From the NCBI GenBank assembly GCA_947258645.1, contig CAMYJL010000001.1:1-42728 (forward strand): a DNA stretch of 42,728 nt, written 5' to 3'. Source of the DNA: an uncultured Nitrospinota bacterium. Lineage in GTDB: Bacteria > UBA8248. Below, one piece after another: positions 6,404 through 16,503 of the stretch. The first letter of the stretch is position 1, and each line of letters begins with the position of its first letter. The position numbers and the translations under genes were made by a program. Under the pieces are notes generated by a model that was given only the letters and a program-made list of their open reading frames with translations, was not told where the DNA came from and did not search any database.

Positions 6404-6762
6404 AAACGGGCGAAGAAAAACGAAGCGGTCTCAAATGGCCAGTATGCACCCTTCTTCTTCTGATCGGTTTGGGTATGCTGGGCTACTGGACCTACTCGAA
6501 ATACCAGGAAGAGCAAGCAATCATCGCCACCCGCCAGTCCGCTCCGGCGTCCGCCGTCCCGGGCAATATCACCGTCGGACCCATCGGCCAGGGAACCCAT
6601 TCATACAGATCCGGACTACCACCGGCTTTACTCGTCGGTTTCGCCGCCACGATGATCGCCATCCTGGGAACCATTCTCTATCTGTGGTGGTCGCTCAAGG
6701 ACTGGGAGGGTGGGAAGAAATACGGAGAAAGCGAAGAGTCCCGGACCGAAAAGCCATCCTGA
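6400..6762 (+). CDS. hypothetical two-TM membrane protein
   Basis: TTG start overlaps the LLM stop (TTGA). Two hydrophobic helices. The start is uncertain. Confidence 0.45.
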   Translation: MKTGEEKRSGLKWPVCTLLLLIGLGMLGYWTYSKYQEEQAIIATRQSAPASAVPGNITVGPIGQGTHSYRSGLPPALLVGFAATMIAILGTILYLWWSLKDWEGGKKYGESEESRTEKPS

Positions 6763-6816
6763 CTCAACTCACATTTCAACCTGACGAGACAACCCGGGAC
6801 GCACCCCGCAGTACCG

Positions 6817-7284
6817 TTATTTTGGTATGGCTTTCGTCCTGTATCTTCTCCGTTCATCGGAAAACGTAATCTCGGGTTCCATTGGAACCTTGATGTGAAG
6901 CGGCTCATCGCTTTCCACCGGCTCATCCCGGAACGTGTTTGTGAAATAATTCACCGCCCTTCGGGCCGCTTCCTTCAGGCTTCCAGGAGGCGGTGAATGA
7001 TATACCCGTCCCTCGACAACAGAGACTATTTTCCCGAATCCCGGTTTTTCACACGTAACGATCAGGGGAAACGCGTTTTTTCGAACCGCGATGACGTCCG
7101 GAGTACGCCGCCAAAAGTAGGTGCGCCCGTTTCGTCCTTCTCCGCGGCAAGAAGCTCCTCTGACATTCATCGTATCCATCCGGACCGCGCGCGTGTTTTC
7201 AGGCAAATAAACAACCGTGCATGCAGAAAGGAATACCGGCAAGGCAATCAAGAAAATGGGGTTTCTCCGTCCGCGCCGGCTCAT
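6817..7284 (-). CDS. hypothetical lipoprotein
   Basis: Signal peptide with lipobox (IALPVFLSAC). Lies directly downstream of the Tim44-like gene. Confidence 0.55.
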   Translation of the reverse strand: MSRRGRRNPIFLIALPVFLSACTVVYLPENTRAVRMDTMNVRGASCRGEGRNGRTYFWRRTPDVIAVRKNAFPLIVTCEKPGFGKIVSVVEGRVYHSPPPGSLKEAARRAVNYFTNTFRDEPVESDEPLHIKVPMEPEITFSDERRRYRTKAIPK

Positions 7285-7286
7285 CT

Positions 7287-8399
7287 TCAGCCTTGTCCGA
7301 TGGCCGACAAGAACCAGCTGCCGGGGCCCGAGCGCCTTGCCCAGGTCCAGTATTCGATGAAATCGACGGGTGTGTTCGGATTGCCTTCCAAGACATCCCC
7401 GGTAGGCTCCGAAATCACGTAATCCAAAAGACTCGCCTCGTAGCTCACGGTGATGAAATCAAAGCCCTCTTCCTGCCAACTCTCGACGATATCGATACGG
7501 CGAATTTCCACATTATCGAGCTTATTCACCCGGCCCTCGCTTCGAAGGACGGCGAGGTCACGCTCACACTCCGCATAAATATCCTTATCCAGCAGGGAGC
7601 GAACCGACTCCAAATCGCGCGCCACCCAAGCTTTCTGAAAGGCGAGAAAATTCTCGCGACAATCGAGCAGGAAATTCTCACGTGAAAAAGAAGAATCCTC
7701 CCGTACAATTCCCGGCAGGCCCTCCTCCGCCCGGGAGTCGGCCGAATAGCTCGCCGCCACCGGTCCCGAGCCCCTGCCATAGCCGGAGGAAGATTCTCCC
7801 CGCGATCCAATGTCGGGACCGCGATAAACCCTTCCCCCATAATTCTCTCCTGTTTCGTAATGATCGCCCACGCCATAGGGATCGGAGGCGCTGTAATCCG
7901 CTCCCGCCCGGCTATAGGCCGGTGCGCTCCGGTTCCGCAAGAACCGGAGAAGGAGAAATATCCCGCCACCGATCAGCAGAATTTCAAGCAGTCCGATTCC
8001 TCCGAAACCGCCGCCGGAACCCATGCCGCCATAGCCGAAGAGGGCTCTTCCCAGCATGCCGCCCAGAAGCATTCCGCCCAACCCGGCCATAAAGCCCCCG
8101 CCGAACCCCCAGCCGCCACCAAACGCACCGCGGCCGAACGGTCTCTGGGTAGGACGAAATGTCCTTCTCCCAGCTCCGAAACGTGATCGGGGCGTTCCAA
8201 ACCCCCTGGAGCCGAATCTCCGCGAGCGGAAACTGCCCCGCGATCCGCGAAAGCCGAACGACCGCATCCGGCCGAAGCGGGCGTGTGCCTCATCCGTCTC
8301 CCAGCGAACGCCGCCCGGCCCGAGATTCGGTATACCGATATATGGAGGCAGAAAAAAGAAAACAAGGAGGAGAACAATCGTTATCAAAGCACGTCGCAT
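7287..8399 (-). CDS. Tim44-like domain protein with an N-terminal TM, an RG/FG-rich region and a glycine-zipper TM
   Basis: The C-terminal FLLDCRENFLAFQKAWVARDLESVRSLL...VEIRRIDIVESW...FITVSYEASLLDY...WTWAR matches the Tim44-like fold pattern. Start taken at MRRALITIV (ATG 8399); the ORF extends to 8504. Confidence 0.7.
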   Translation of the reverse strand: MRRALITIVLLLVFFFLPPYIGIPNLGPGGVRWETDEAHARFGRMRSFGFRGSRGSFRSRRFGSRGFGTPRSRFGAGRRTFRPTQRPFGRGAFGGGWGFGGGFMAGLGGMLLGGMLGRALFGYGGMGSGGGFGGIGLLEILLIGGGIFLLLRFLRNRSAPAYSRAGADYSASDPYGVGDHYETGENYGGRVYRGPDIGSRGESSSGYGRGSGPVAASYSADSRAEEGLPGIVREDSSFSRENFLLDCRENFLAFQKAWVARDLESVRSLLDKDIYAECERDLAVLRSEGRVNKLDNVEIRRIDIVESWQEEGFDFITVSYEASLLDYVISEPTGDVLEGNPNTPVDFIEYWTWARRSGPGSWFLSAIGQG

Positions 8400-8634
8400 G
8401 GCTTCCCCTGCATCCGGTGTCCGGGAGCGGCTTCCCGGCTCCTGACAATACGATCCGCTGGATAAATTATCCCAACTCCCGGCCGGGAAGTCCATGGCCG
8501 GCATTTCGGGGTTGGTGTCCAGAAATAGCGTCTGCTACCATGAGGGAAAATTCAGCTCATTCGTCACCCTGACCGATCGTGCCGCGCGGATTCCCTCATC
8601 GCGAAGGGCTTCCGCTTGCGTGTGGAGCATATCC

Positions 8635-9837
8635 GTGCCCCTTCAACCAAAATCCCTGCCACTCGAAGGCGTCACTGTCGTAGACATCGGGACACTATTC
8701 GCAGCGCCCTGGATAGCGACTTTCATGGCCGATTTCGGAGCGGAAGTGATCAAGGTCGAACATCCGAAAGGCGACTCGCTCCGCAATTTTGCGCCCCTGA
8801 AGGACGGTGTTTCTCTATGGTGGAAGTACACGGGTCGGAACAAAAAATCCGTGACCCTGAATATCTCCAGTCCGGAGGGGCAGGAAATTTTGAAGAAACT
8901 CTGCAGGAAGGCTGATGTACTTGTCGAGAATTTCCGGCCAGGAACACTGGAAAAATGGGGGCTTTCCTGGGAGACGCTCCATGCGCTGAATCCAAAGCTG
9001 GTTTTGATGCGTACGAGCGGCTTTGGACAGGAAGGCCCCTACGCCAAGCGGCCGGGCTTCGGCACCCTCGCCGAGGCCATGAGCGGTTTCGCGCACATCA
9101 CCGGTTCCCCGGACGGGCCGCCGACACTTCCCGCGTTTGCCCTCGCGGACGGGATCAGCGCGATGTGCGGCACCTACGCTGTCATGATGGCGCTCTACCA
9201 CCGCGATGTGCACGATGCGCCCGGGCAGGTGATCGACAACGCCATATACGAGCCGATTACGACCATTCTGGGCCCCCAGTCCCTGATGTACGATCAGCTC
9301 GGAACCATCCAGACGCGCACGGGAAATTCCATTCCCTTCGTCGCACCCCGGAACTCATACCGCTGCAAGGACGGCCGTTATGTCGTCATTTCCGCGAGCG
9401 CCGAAAGCATTTACCGGCGAATCATGCAGGCCATCGACCGCGCCGACCTGGCGGACGACCCCCGAATGCAGACCCAAGAAGGGCGCGTGGCCCACATGGC
9501 CGAGCTTGACAAGGCGATCCAGGGCTGGATCGGGGCGCACACGCTCGACGAAACCGTCCGGCACTTTCAGGAGTTCGAAGGCGCCCTGGGCCCCATCTAC
9601 GACATCGAGCAACTGCTCAATGACCCTCATGTCCAACACAGAGAAACTTTTACCCAGGTAGAAGACGAGGAGCTGGGCACTCTTCGCATGCAAAACGTTA
9701 TCCCCCGGATGAAGGACACGCCGGGGCGCATCAAGTGGGCAGGCCCTCCGAAAGGAAAACACACTGACGAAATACTCGGTCAGATGGGCTACACCCCGGA
9801 AGAACTCACCTGTTTTCGTGAAAAAGGTGTTATCTAG
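8635..9837 (+). CDS. family III CoA-transferase (CaiB/BaiF)
   Basis: LEGVTVVDIGTLFAAPWIATFMADFGAEVIKVEHPKGD. GTG at 8635 has GGAG 7 nt upstream and gives 400 aa, like the paralog. The ORF is open from 8494, so the start is uncertain. Confidence 0.8.
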   Translation: MPLQPKSLPLEGVTVVDIGTLFAAPWIATFMADFGAEVIKVEHPKGDSLRNFAPLKDGVSLWWKYTGRNKKSVTLNISSPEGQEILKKLCRKADVLVENFRPGTLEKWGLSWETLHALNPKLVLMRTSGFGQEGPYAKRPGFGTLAEAMSGFAHITGSPDGPPTLPAFALADGISAMCGTYAVMMALYHRDVHDAPGQVIDNAIYEPITTILGPQSLMYDQLGTIQTRTGNSIPFVAPRNSYRCKDGRYVVISASAESIYRRIMQAIDRADLADDPRMQTQEGRVAHMAELDKAIQGWIGAHTLDETVRHFQEFEGALGPIYDIEQLLNDPHVQHRETFTQVEDEELGTLRMQNVIPRMKDTPGRIKWAGPPKGKHTDEILGQMGYTPEELTCFREKGVI

Positions 9838-9877
9838 CCGTGCGGATCTTACGGCACCCTCCAGACGAGGATAACCT

Positions 9878-10762
9878 GTGGCCGTATTTGTCTTTCACCC
9901 CGATTACCACGCCGATATCGGCCCGCACGTCCTCCAGGTGGAAAAATTCCGAAAAACCTACGAACGACTCCGCGAAGCAGGAATCCCCGAAAGCGCCTTT
10001 GCCCGGCCCGAGGAAGCGACGGAAAAAGAGCTTCTTCTTGTACACTCCGCTGAATACATTGCAGATATACGCTCTTACGTTCATACGGAACGGACCCTGC
10101 CCAGCGAACTTCCACTCACACCCGAAATTGTCCGGTGGTGCCTTCTCTCCACGGGGGGCACCACACTCGCGGCCCATCAGGCGTTGAAAAACGGGCTGGC
10201 ACTGAACCTCTCCGGCGGTTTTCACCATGCCTTCCATGATTGCGCCGAAGGATTCTGCTATGTCAACGACCTCGCTGTGGCCGTTTGCGTACTTCGGAGC
10301 AAAGAAAGGATTTCACGCGCCGCCGTGATCGATTGCGACCTTCATCAGGGAAATGGAACCGCGCATATCTTCCGGAACGACGAGAGCGTTTTCACATTTT
10401 CCATCCACCAACAGAACATCTATCCACCAAAAAGAAAAAGCGATTTGGATATCGGCCTTAGCGATTTGACCGGCGATGCGGATTACCTTTCCAAGCTTCA
10501 TGAGCATATCCCCGGCATCCTCGATCGCCACAGGCCCGACATCGTAGTTTATCAGGCAGGGGCCGACCCCTACATGGACGACCAGCTCGGGACTCTGAAG
10601 CTGACAAAGGAGGGGCTTCGAGAGCGCGACGATTTCGTATTGAGAGAATGCAAGCGCCGATCGGTTCCCGTGGCTGGAACGCTCGGAGGAGGGTATGCGA
10701 AAAACCCTGAAGATACGACGGACATTCACTTCCAGTCGGCGATGGCCTTCTGGGAGGCATAA
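9878..10762 (+). CDS. histone deacetylase family protein (HDAC / acetoin utilisation type)
   Basis: SGGFHHAFHDCAEGFCYVND, DCDLHQGNGT, GADPY; GTG start. Confidence 0.85.
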   Translation: MAVFVFHPDYHADIGPHVLQVEKFRKTYERLREAGIPESAFARPEEATEKELLLVHSAEYIADIRSYVHTERTLPSELPLTPEIVRWCLLSTGGTTLAAHQALKNGLALNLSGGFHHAFHDCAEGFCYVNDLAVAVCVLRSKERISRAAVIDCDLHQGNGTAHIFRNDESVFTFSIHQQNIYPPKRKSDLDIGLSDLTGDADYLSKLHEHIPGILDRHRPDIVVYQAGADPYMDDQLGTLKLTKEGLRERDDFVLRECKRRSVPVAGTLGGGYAKNPEDTTDIHFQSAMAFWEA

Positions 10763-10898
10763 AAATCTTAAACCGTTTGCTTTTTTATCATCAAGGCATA
10801 TTATCAGCCTTCGTATCTCCACCGTACAAACTGAATCAAACACCTGATATTTTTGTCCGGCTAACCTTATTTTATTCTTGCTGTTTAGGGTATTTTTC

Positions 10899-12218
10899 AT
10901 GACGATAAACTCTGCCGCACCTCGCATCAAAGCACCCCGGATTTACTACGGCTGGATCATCGTCGGCCTGGGGTTCTTCACCCTCGCATTCCAAATCATA
11001 TCCCGCTTTTCCTTCGGTATTTTCCAGGTTCCCCTCATTGAGGAATTTAAATGGAGCCGAGGCCTTCTCGGCGGCGCGTTTTCTCTATCGCTTCTCGTCT
11101 ACGCGGTCACGGCACCATATGTGGGCTCTCTTTTGGAGAGAAAAGGCCCGCGCGCAATTATGCCCTGGGGCTGCGTGGTGGTGGGACTCAGCTTCATGGG
11201 CGGCTACTTCATCAGCTCTATCTGGCACATCTACCTTCTCATCGGCCTCTTCGGGGGAATCGGACTCGCCCTGAACGGCTTCGCCACCAACACTTCCATC
11301 ATGCCCCGATGGTTCCTCCGGCAGCGCGGGCGTGCCACGGGAATTGTCCTCTCCGGCATCGGTTTCGGGATGCTGGCTCTCTCCCCGCTCATCGAGCGCA
11401 TCATCACCGCCTATGGCTGGCGTGCCGCCTATTTTTTGTTTGGGCTTTTCGTTCTGATCATCATCGCCCCAACCAGCTTTTTGCTATTGCGGGATCGGCC
11501 GGAGGATGTAGGCCAGGGCCGGGACGGTCAGCCCTACTCTCCGGATGAAAGCACGGCCGGTTCCGCCGAAAACGGCTCCGCGGAAAACGGGACGGACAAA
11601 AGCGTGAGAAGTGTTTTTCACACCCTGAAAGGGGACATGCGGTTCTGGGCCATGATGTTTCTGTATTTCACCATTGGCTTCAACAACAATACCATTCTGA
11701 GCCAGCTGCCGAGCTATCTGATAGATATCGAATTCTCTACGGCCGCCGCCGCGTTTATATTTGGCATGGTCGGATTTCTGCGTGTCGTGGGGAGCGTGGT
11801 TGGAGGTCGAATTGGGGACGCTATCGGTCGAGGGCTTGCCACGGCCGTTTTCGCGATGGTCATCAGCGTGGGGCTCGTTTTGCTGCTGCTGTTGCCTTTG
11901 CTGGGGGGCGGACTTCCGCTGGCCTATGTTTTCGTGCTGATTTACGGGACGGGGCTGGGAGGCATGAGCGCCTGCGGCTCCGCCATGAACGGAGACATCT
12001 TCGAAGGACCGACGTTCGGCGTGATCGTCGGCTTCGTCGAGATTTGCTACGGCCTGGGTGGGGTGGTCGGTCCGCCACTGGCGGGCATCATGTTCGATCT
12101 CACCGGAAGCTACGTCATTCCCTTTTCGATCATCATCGTCGTCCTGGTCCTGTCCGTATTCTCTTCGCTCTGGCTGCACCGTCAGATACCCGCGCGGAAA
12201 AACCCGATTGCGGCCTGA
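10899..12218 (+). CDS. MFS transporter (oxalate/formate antiporter-like)
   Basis: About 12 predicted TM helices and a central loop. ATG at 10899; the ORF is open from TTG 10878. Confidence 0.75.
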   Translation: MTINSAAPRIKAPRIYYGWIIVGLGFFTLAFQIISRFSFGIFQVPLIEEFKWSRGLLGGAFSLSLLVYAVTAPYVGSLLERKGPRAIMPWGCVVVGLSFMGGYFISSIWHIYLLIGLFGGIGLALNGFATNTSIMPRWFLRQRGRATGIVLSGIGFGMLALSPLIERIITAYGWRAAYFLFGLFVLIIIAPTSFLLLRDRPEDVGQGRDGQPYSPDESTAGSAENGSAENGTDKSVRSVFHTLKGDMRFWAMMFLYFTIGFNNNTILSQLPSYLIDIEFSTAAAAFIFGMVGFLRVVGSVVGGRIGDAIGRGLATAVFAMVISVGLVLLLLLPLLGGGLPLAYVFVLIYGTGLGGMSACGSAMNGDIFEGPTFGVIVGFVEICYGLGGVVGPPLAGIMFDLTGSYVIPFSIIIVVLVLSVFSSLWLHRQIPARKNPIAA

Positions 12219-12230
12219 ACCTATTCTGAA

Positions 12231-13100
12231 CTATTTAATTTTTTCGGGAAATTTTTTGACTTTGTAATCACTCTTTAGTTTGACAATCAAATCTTCAATG
12301 GCCTGCGTGCGCTTCTTGTCTCCCAAATCCTTTTCCAGTGTGGGCCTGGCCTCGTCAAAAGACATTTGACGAGCGTCGTTTTTCGCCGACGCGTAAACGA
12401 CATGCCAGCCATACGGGCTTTTCACAACTCCGCTGTAGCCGCCGGGCTTGAGGGAAAACGCGGTCTGTTCGATCACTTCCGGCAGACCCGTTGTTTTGTG
12501 GTGTCCCCGGGCCATCTCCCCCAGACTCCCGCCGTTCGCACGTTCAGGTGCAAGCGAATATTTTTTGGCCAACTCAGCAAATTTGGATCCCTTCTCCAAC
12601 TTTGATATGAGATCCTTTGCCTCTTTCTCGGACGCCACCATGATATGGGAGGCTGTCACCTTTCCTCCCTCCTGGAATTTTTGTTTATTCTTCTGATATT
12701 CTGCTTTCAGTTCTTTCTCGGTCGGCTTCGCGCTTTTTTCAATTTCCTGAACCGCGACCTGAATCATAATCTCCCGGCGTGCGCGCCTTATGTAGTCTTT
12801 CACGGCTTTCTTCTCGCCGTATTTCTTGTTTTTCGCGTACTCGAATATCATCCGGCGACTGAGCAGGCTGTCCAGCATCTCCGCCTTCCGGAGCCGGGCA
12901 ATTGCCTGAATGTTCTCCGGAAGACCGTCGAGAAAATTATCCAGCTCTTCGAGGGTAATTTTTTCGTCTCCATAGGTGGCGATCACGATTTTATCAGGGG
13001 AAGGGGTTTTCTTCTCCGCGCCGAAGACCACCGAAGCCGGCATCAAAAAAATCGAGACGACGAGAGACGAACAAAGAATGACCCGTTTATCAAGACGCAT
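12231..13100 (-). CDS. parvulin-type peptidyl-prolyl cis-trans isomerase (PrsA/SurA-like), secreted
   Basis: Signal peptide; PpiC domain ASHIMV...FAELAKKYS...GGSLGEM. Confidence 0.8.
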   Translation of the reverse strand: MRLDKRVILCSSLVVSIFLMPASVVFGAEKKTPSPDKIVIATYGDEKITLEELDNFLDGLPENIQAIARLRKAEMLDSLLSRRMIFEYAKNKKYGEKKAVKDYIRRARREIMIQVAVQEIEKSAKPTEKELKAEYQKNKQKFQEGGKVTASHIMVASEKEAKDLISKLEKGSKFAELAKKYSLAPERANGGSLGEMARGHHKTTGLPEVIEQTAFSLKPGGYSGVVKSPYGWHVVYASAKNDARQMSFDEARPTLEKDLGDKKRTQAIEDLIVKLKSDYKVKKFPEKIK

Positions 13101-13216
13101 GCGAAGGCTCCTTGCGGTAAAGGGTAGCTGGCCGGGAGATGCGTATATCGCTTTCCCTTATTGTAACATCTGACGATGGGAATATCTTCCCGGAAGATAG
13201 CAGGGGGCAATCCGGG

Positions 13217-13930
13217 CTAAGAGGCCTTTTCCTCCATTCGCTTCGGCCCGATCAGCAACACACACTCCCCCTTCACGGCTTTTCCCTTTAATTGACCAGC
13301 GAGCTCCGAAGCGGTTCCTCTCAGTATCTCCTCGTGGAGCTTGGTGAGTTCGCGGGCGACAGCCAAGGGACGCCCCGGTGCTCTTTTCGATATTTCATCG
13401 ACCAATCGGCCGACCCGGTGGGGGGATTCATAGAGGATCACCGTGCGCTCTTCCTCTAAAAGCGCCTCCACCCGGCGCCAGCGGCGTTCACCCTTTTGAG
13501 GCAAGAACCCTTCGTACACATATCGATCCGTCGGAAGTCCGGAGGCGACCAGCGCAGATATCGCCGCCGACGGCCCCGGAATCGGGACGACCGGAACCCC
13601 CTTATCCACGGCGGCGCGCACGACGCGGTAGGCCGGGTCCGAGATGCCGGGCGTTCCGGCGTCTGAGACGACGGCGATTCGCCCGCCCGCCTTGGCTTTT
13701 TCCGATATCTGCTCCGCCCGTTCGCGTTCGTTGTGCTCGTGATAGCTCAGGAGAGGTTTCTTGATTCCGATGCGGGAGAGCAGGAGGCCTGTCCGCCGGG
13801 TATCTTCGCAGGCGATGAGATCGCAATTTTCCAGAATTCGCTTCTGCCGGAATGAAATATCCTCGAGGTTACCGATTGGGGTCGCCACAAGGTAAATCCC
13901 GGCGGGCAACGGCTCCGAATCCTGTGGCAT
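13217..13930 (-). CDS. rsmI: 16S rRNA (cytidine1402-2'-O)-methyltransferase
   Basis: GIYLVATPIGNLEDISFR, CEDTR, and SDAGTPGISDPG-like motifs. Confidence 0.9.
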   Translation of the reverse strand: MPQDSEPLPAGIYLVATPIGNLEDISFRQKRILENCDLIACEDTRRTGLLLSRIGIKKPLLSYHEHNERERAEQISEKAKAGGRIAVVSDAGTPGISDPAYRVVRAAVDKGVPVVPIPGPSAAISALVASGLPTDRYVYEGFLPQKGERRWRRVEALLEEERTVILYESPHRVGRLVDEISKRAPGRPLAVARELTKLHEEILRGTASELAGQLKGKAVKGECVLLIGPKRMEEKAS

Positions 13931-13967
13931 GAGGGTTCCTCCCGGGCAACTGCGGGGAGAAGCGGGA

Positions 13968-15170
13968 TCAGACTAAAACGCCTTCGCTTCGAAGACGCTC
14001 GATATCTTCGTCGCTCTTTCCGATTTCCTTGAGAATTTCGTTGGTGTGCTGGCCCAGCAAGGGCGAGGGCCGACAAACCCCCCCCGGCGTCTCGGAAAGC
14101 TTGGGCGGCAGGCCGAGGACTTTTATTCGACCGGCAGTGGGATGATCCACCTCAACGGCCATTTCGCGCGCCTGTATCTGGGGATGGTCGAAAGCTTCCT
14201 GCATATCGAGTATCGGGCCGCAGGGAACCTCCGCTTTTTCCAGAATCGCGAGCCATTCGTCGCGATGTTTTTTCACAAAAACTTCGTTGAGTTCTTCTGC
14301 CAGCGCGAGGTAATTGCCCGCGCGATCCTTGTCGGTTTTGTATTCGTCCCGATCCATGAAGTCTTCTCGACCAATAGCCTTGCACACCCGTACCCAGTTC
14401 GGCTGGTTCGCCGCGCCCAGCACAAGATATCCGTCGGAACACTTAAAGGCCTGATATGGTGCGGTCATTTCATGGGCCGAGCCACGCGGAGTCGGCACCT
14501 CGCCCTCGGGAAAAAACTGGGAGGCTTGCCAGAAAGTATAGCCGAGGCCGGCGTCTACGAGAGCAGTATCAATCTTCTGGCCTTTTCCGGTCCGTTGCTT
14601 ATAAATGTAGGCGGAAAGTATCGAGAATGCCGTGTAGATGCCGGCGTTCAAATCACAGACGGGAATGGGAATTTTCACCGGGGGACGGCCCGGCTCTCCG
14701 GTGAAGCTCATCAGGCTGGAGAGGCCCTGTGCCACGAGGTCGAAGCCGCCCCTCTCGCGATAAGGACCCGTGTGGCCGTAGCCCGAGATGGAAGCATAGA
14801 TGAGGCCGGGGTTTATCCTTTTCAGGTCTTCGTAGCCGTAGCCGAGGCGTTCCATCGTACCGGGACGGAAGTTTTCGATCAGGGCATCGGCGCTGGCGGC
14901 AAGCTCGAGAAAGAGGGCGTAGCCTTTTTCGGACTTCAGATCAATAGCAAGGCTCCGCTTGTTTCGATTGAGGTTCATGAAACCGTGGCCCTCACCCCCA
15001 GAAAAGTAGCGGCCGATGTGGCGGGCGTCGTCGCCACCGTTGGGCTTTTCGACCTTGATCACATCGGCGCCCATATCGCCCAGAAGGGCTCCGCAAAAGG
15101 GGCCCGCCATGATCTGACACACCTCCAGAACGCGTACGCCCTCGAGGGCTTTTTCCTGGCCGGACGTCAC
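13968..15170 (-). CDS. family III CoA-transferase (CaiB/BaiF), paralog of 8635..9837
   Basis: LEGVRVLEVCQIMAGPFCGALLGDMGADVIKVEKP; 400 aa. Confidence 0.85.
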   Translation of the reverse strand: MTSGQEKALEGVRVLEVCQIMAGPFCGALLGDMGADVIKVEKPNGGDDARHIGRYFSGGEGHGFMNLNRNKRSLAIDLKSEKGYALFLELAASADALIENFRPGTMERLGYGYEDLKRINPGLIYASISGYGHTGPYRERGGFDLVAQGLSSLMSFTGEPGRPPVKIPIPVCDLNAGIYTAFSILSAYIYKQRTGKGQKIDTALVDAGLGYTFWQASQFFPEGEVPTPRGSAHEMTAPYQAFKCSDGYLVLGAANQPNWVRVCKAIGREDFMDRDEYKTDKDRAGNYLALAEELNEVFVKKHRDEWLAILEKAEVPCGPILDMQEAFDHPQIQAREMAVEVDHPTAGRIKVLGLPPKLSETPGGVCRPSPLLGQHTNEILKEIGKSDEDIERLRSEGVLV

Positions 15171-15176
15171 CGCTTA

Positions 15177-15989
15177 TTATCTCCCCTCAAACTTTGGCGT
15201 CCGCTTATCAAGGAACGCGTCTACGCCTTCCCGAAAATCCTCCGTGTCGAAACATTCAAATTGCATGGCGATGTCTTTTTCGCTCAGGTCCGACAGGGCC
15301 GGATCGCGAAGGATGGTCTTGACGAAATATTTGTGCCATTTCTGGACGAGCGGAGCGAGTGATGCGATGCGATCCGCCGTCTTATAGGCGGCGCCTTCCA
15401 CTTCTTCATCGGAAACCACCTGGGCCAGAAATCCCGCGTTGAGCATCTCCTGAGCCGTAAACAGGCGCGCGGTCAGGAGCATGTCCATCGTCCGAGCGGG
15501 ACCAATGGTGTGAACAAAGCGGCGAAGCTCCGAATATCCAGCCACCAGGCCCAGCTTGGCCACCGGAACGCCGAAACGGCTCGTTTCACCCGCGATCCGG
15601 TAATCCGTGGCTGCGGCGAGCTCTACGCCACCGCCCACGCAGGCGCCCCGGATGAGCGATATGGTGGGCTTGGAGAAATCCTCGATGGCATCGAGTCCGG
15701 TCAGGAATCGCTTCGAGTATTCTCGTGCCTGGGTGGAGTTTGAGCGTTCTTTCTCGAAGCGGGAGATGTCTGCGCCCGCAGAAAAGGCCCGCTCTCCCGC
15801 ACCGCGAAACACGAGCACGCGAACGGATCCGTTCGCGTCCAACTCGGGGACAACTCGGCCAAGCTCCGACCACATCTCCAGCTCGATGGCGTTCATGCGC
15901 TCGGGTTGATTGATCGTAATGGTGGCAATCACACCATCTCTATCGAGAAGAAGACTCCCCCCCGCAAGCTTCTCTTCCACTCCGGCCAT
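15177..15989 (-). CDS. enoyl-CoA hydratase/isomerase (crotonase) family protein
   Basis: ITINQPERMNA...VLVFRGAGERAFSAGADI. Start taken at MAGVEEK (ATG 15989); the ORF extends to 16082. Confidence 0.8.
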   Translation of the reverse strand: MAGVEEKLAGGSLLLDRDGVIATITINQPERMNAIELEMWSELGRVVPELDANGSVRVLVFRGAGERAFSAGADISRFEKERSNSTQAREYSKRFLTGLDAIEDFSKPTISLIRGACVGGGVELAAATDYRIAGETSRFGVPVAKLGLVAGYSELRRFVHTIGPARTMDMLLTARLFTAQEMLNAGFLAQVVSDEEVEGAAYKTADRIASLAPLVQKWHKYFVKTILRDPALSDLSEKDIAMQFECFDTEDFREGVDAFLDKRTPKFEGR

Positions 15990-16260
15990 TGAACTCCCTC
16001 CCCATGACACGGGGTTCATCCTACTTTGAGTATTGCGAGGTGAAACCGGGGACATCCTAGCCCATCGGTCACAGCCCGCCAACGGTCCGGACCAATGCCC
16101 TGCCTCTCGAGTGGGCGCGGGTTTCGAAAAAATACCACCACAAGTTAACTGAAAAGAATGTCGAAGGAATTGCGGAAAATATCAAATGTTTTTCGTTACC
16201 GCGGAACCGGGAAGCCGCCCGGATTTCCTGCTTCGACTTCAGCCGAGGACGAACGAATCC

Positions 16261-16479
16261 CTAGCCGCCGTGCTCGTCTTTCCACTCTTCCAGCCAGGCC
16301 ATCTGAATCGCTTCGAGCTTTCCTTCAGTTGATTTCATCGGATCGTCTTCGAACTCTTCCAGATCCAGCACCCACTGATGGAGATCCGTAAACCGCACCT
16401 TCAGGGGATCCGCTTCGGGGTGAATTTCTATCAGCGCGATACCGATATCCTCAGCGTCATCCCAAGTCAACTTTTCCAA
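16261..16479 (-). CDS. iscX: Fe-S assembly protein IscX
   Basis: LTWDDAEDIGIALIEIHPEADPLKVRFTDLHQWVLDLEEFEDDP resembles E. coli IscX. The TTG at 16479 has AGGAGA 8 nt upstream. The ORF is open from the TTG at 16503, which abuts the fdx stop. Confidence 0.85.
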   Translation of the reverse strand: MEKLTWDDAEDIGIALIEIHPEADPLKVRFTDLHQWVLDLEEFEDDPMKSTEGKLEAIQMAWLEEWKDEHGG

Positions 16480-16503
16480 AGCACTTTCTCCTGCAAAAAA
16501 CAA

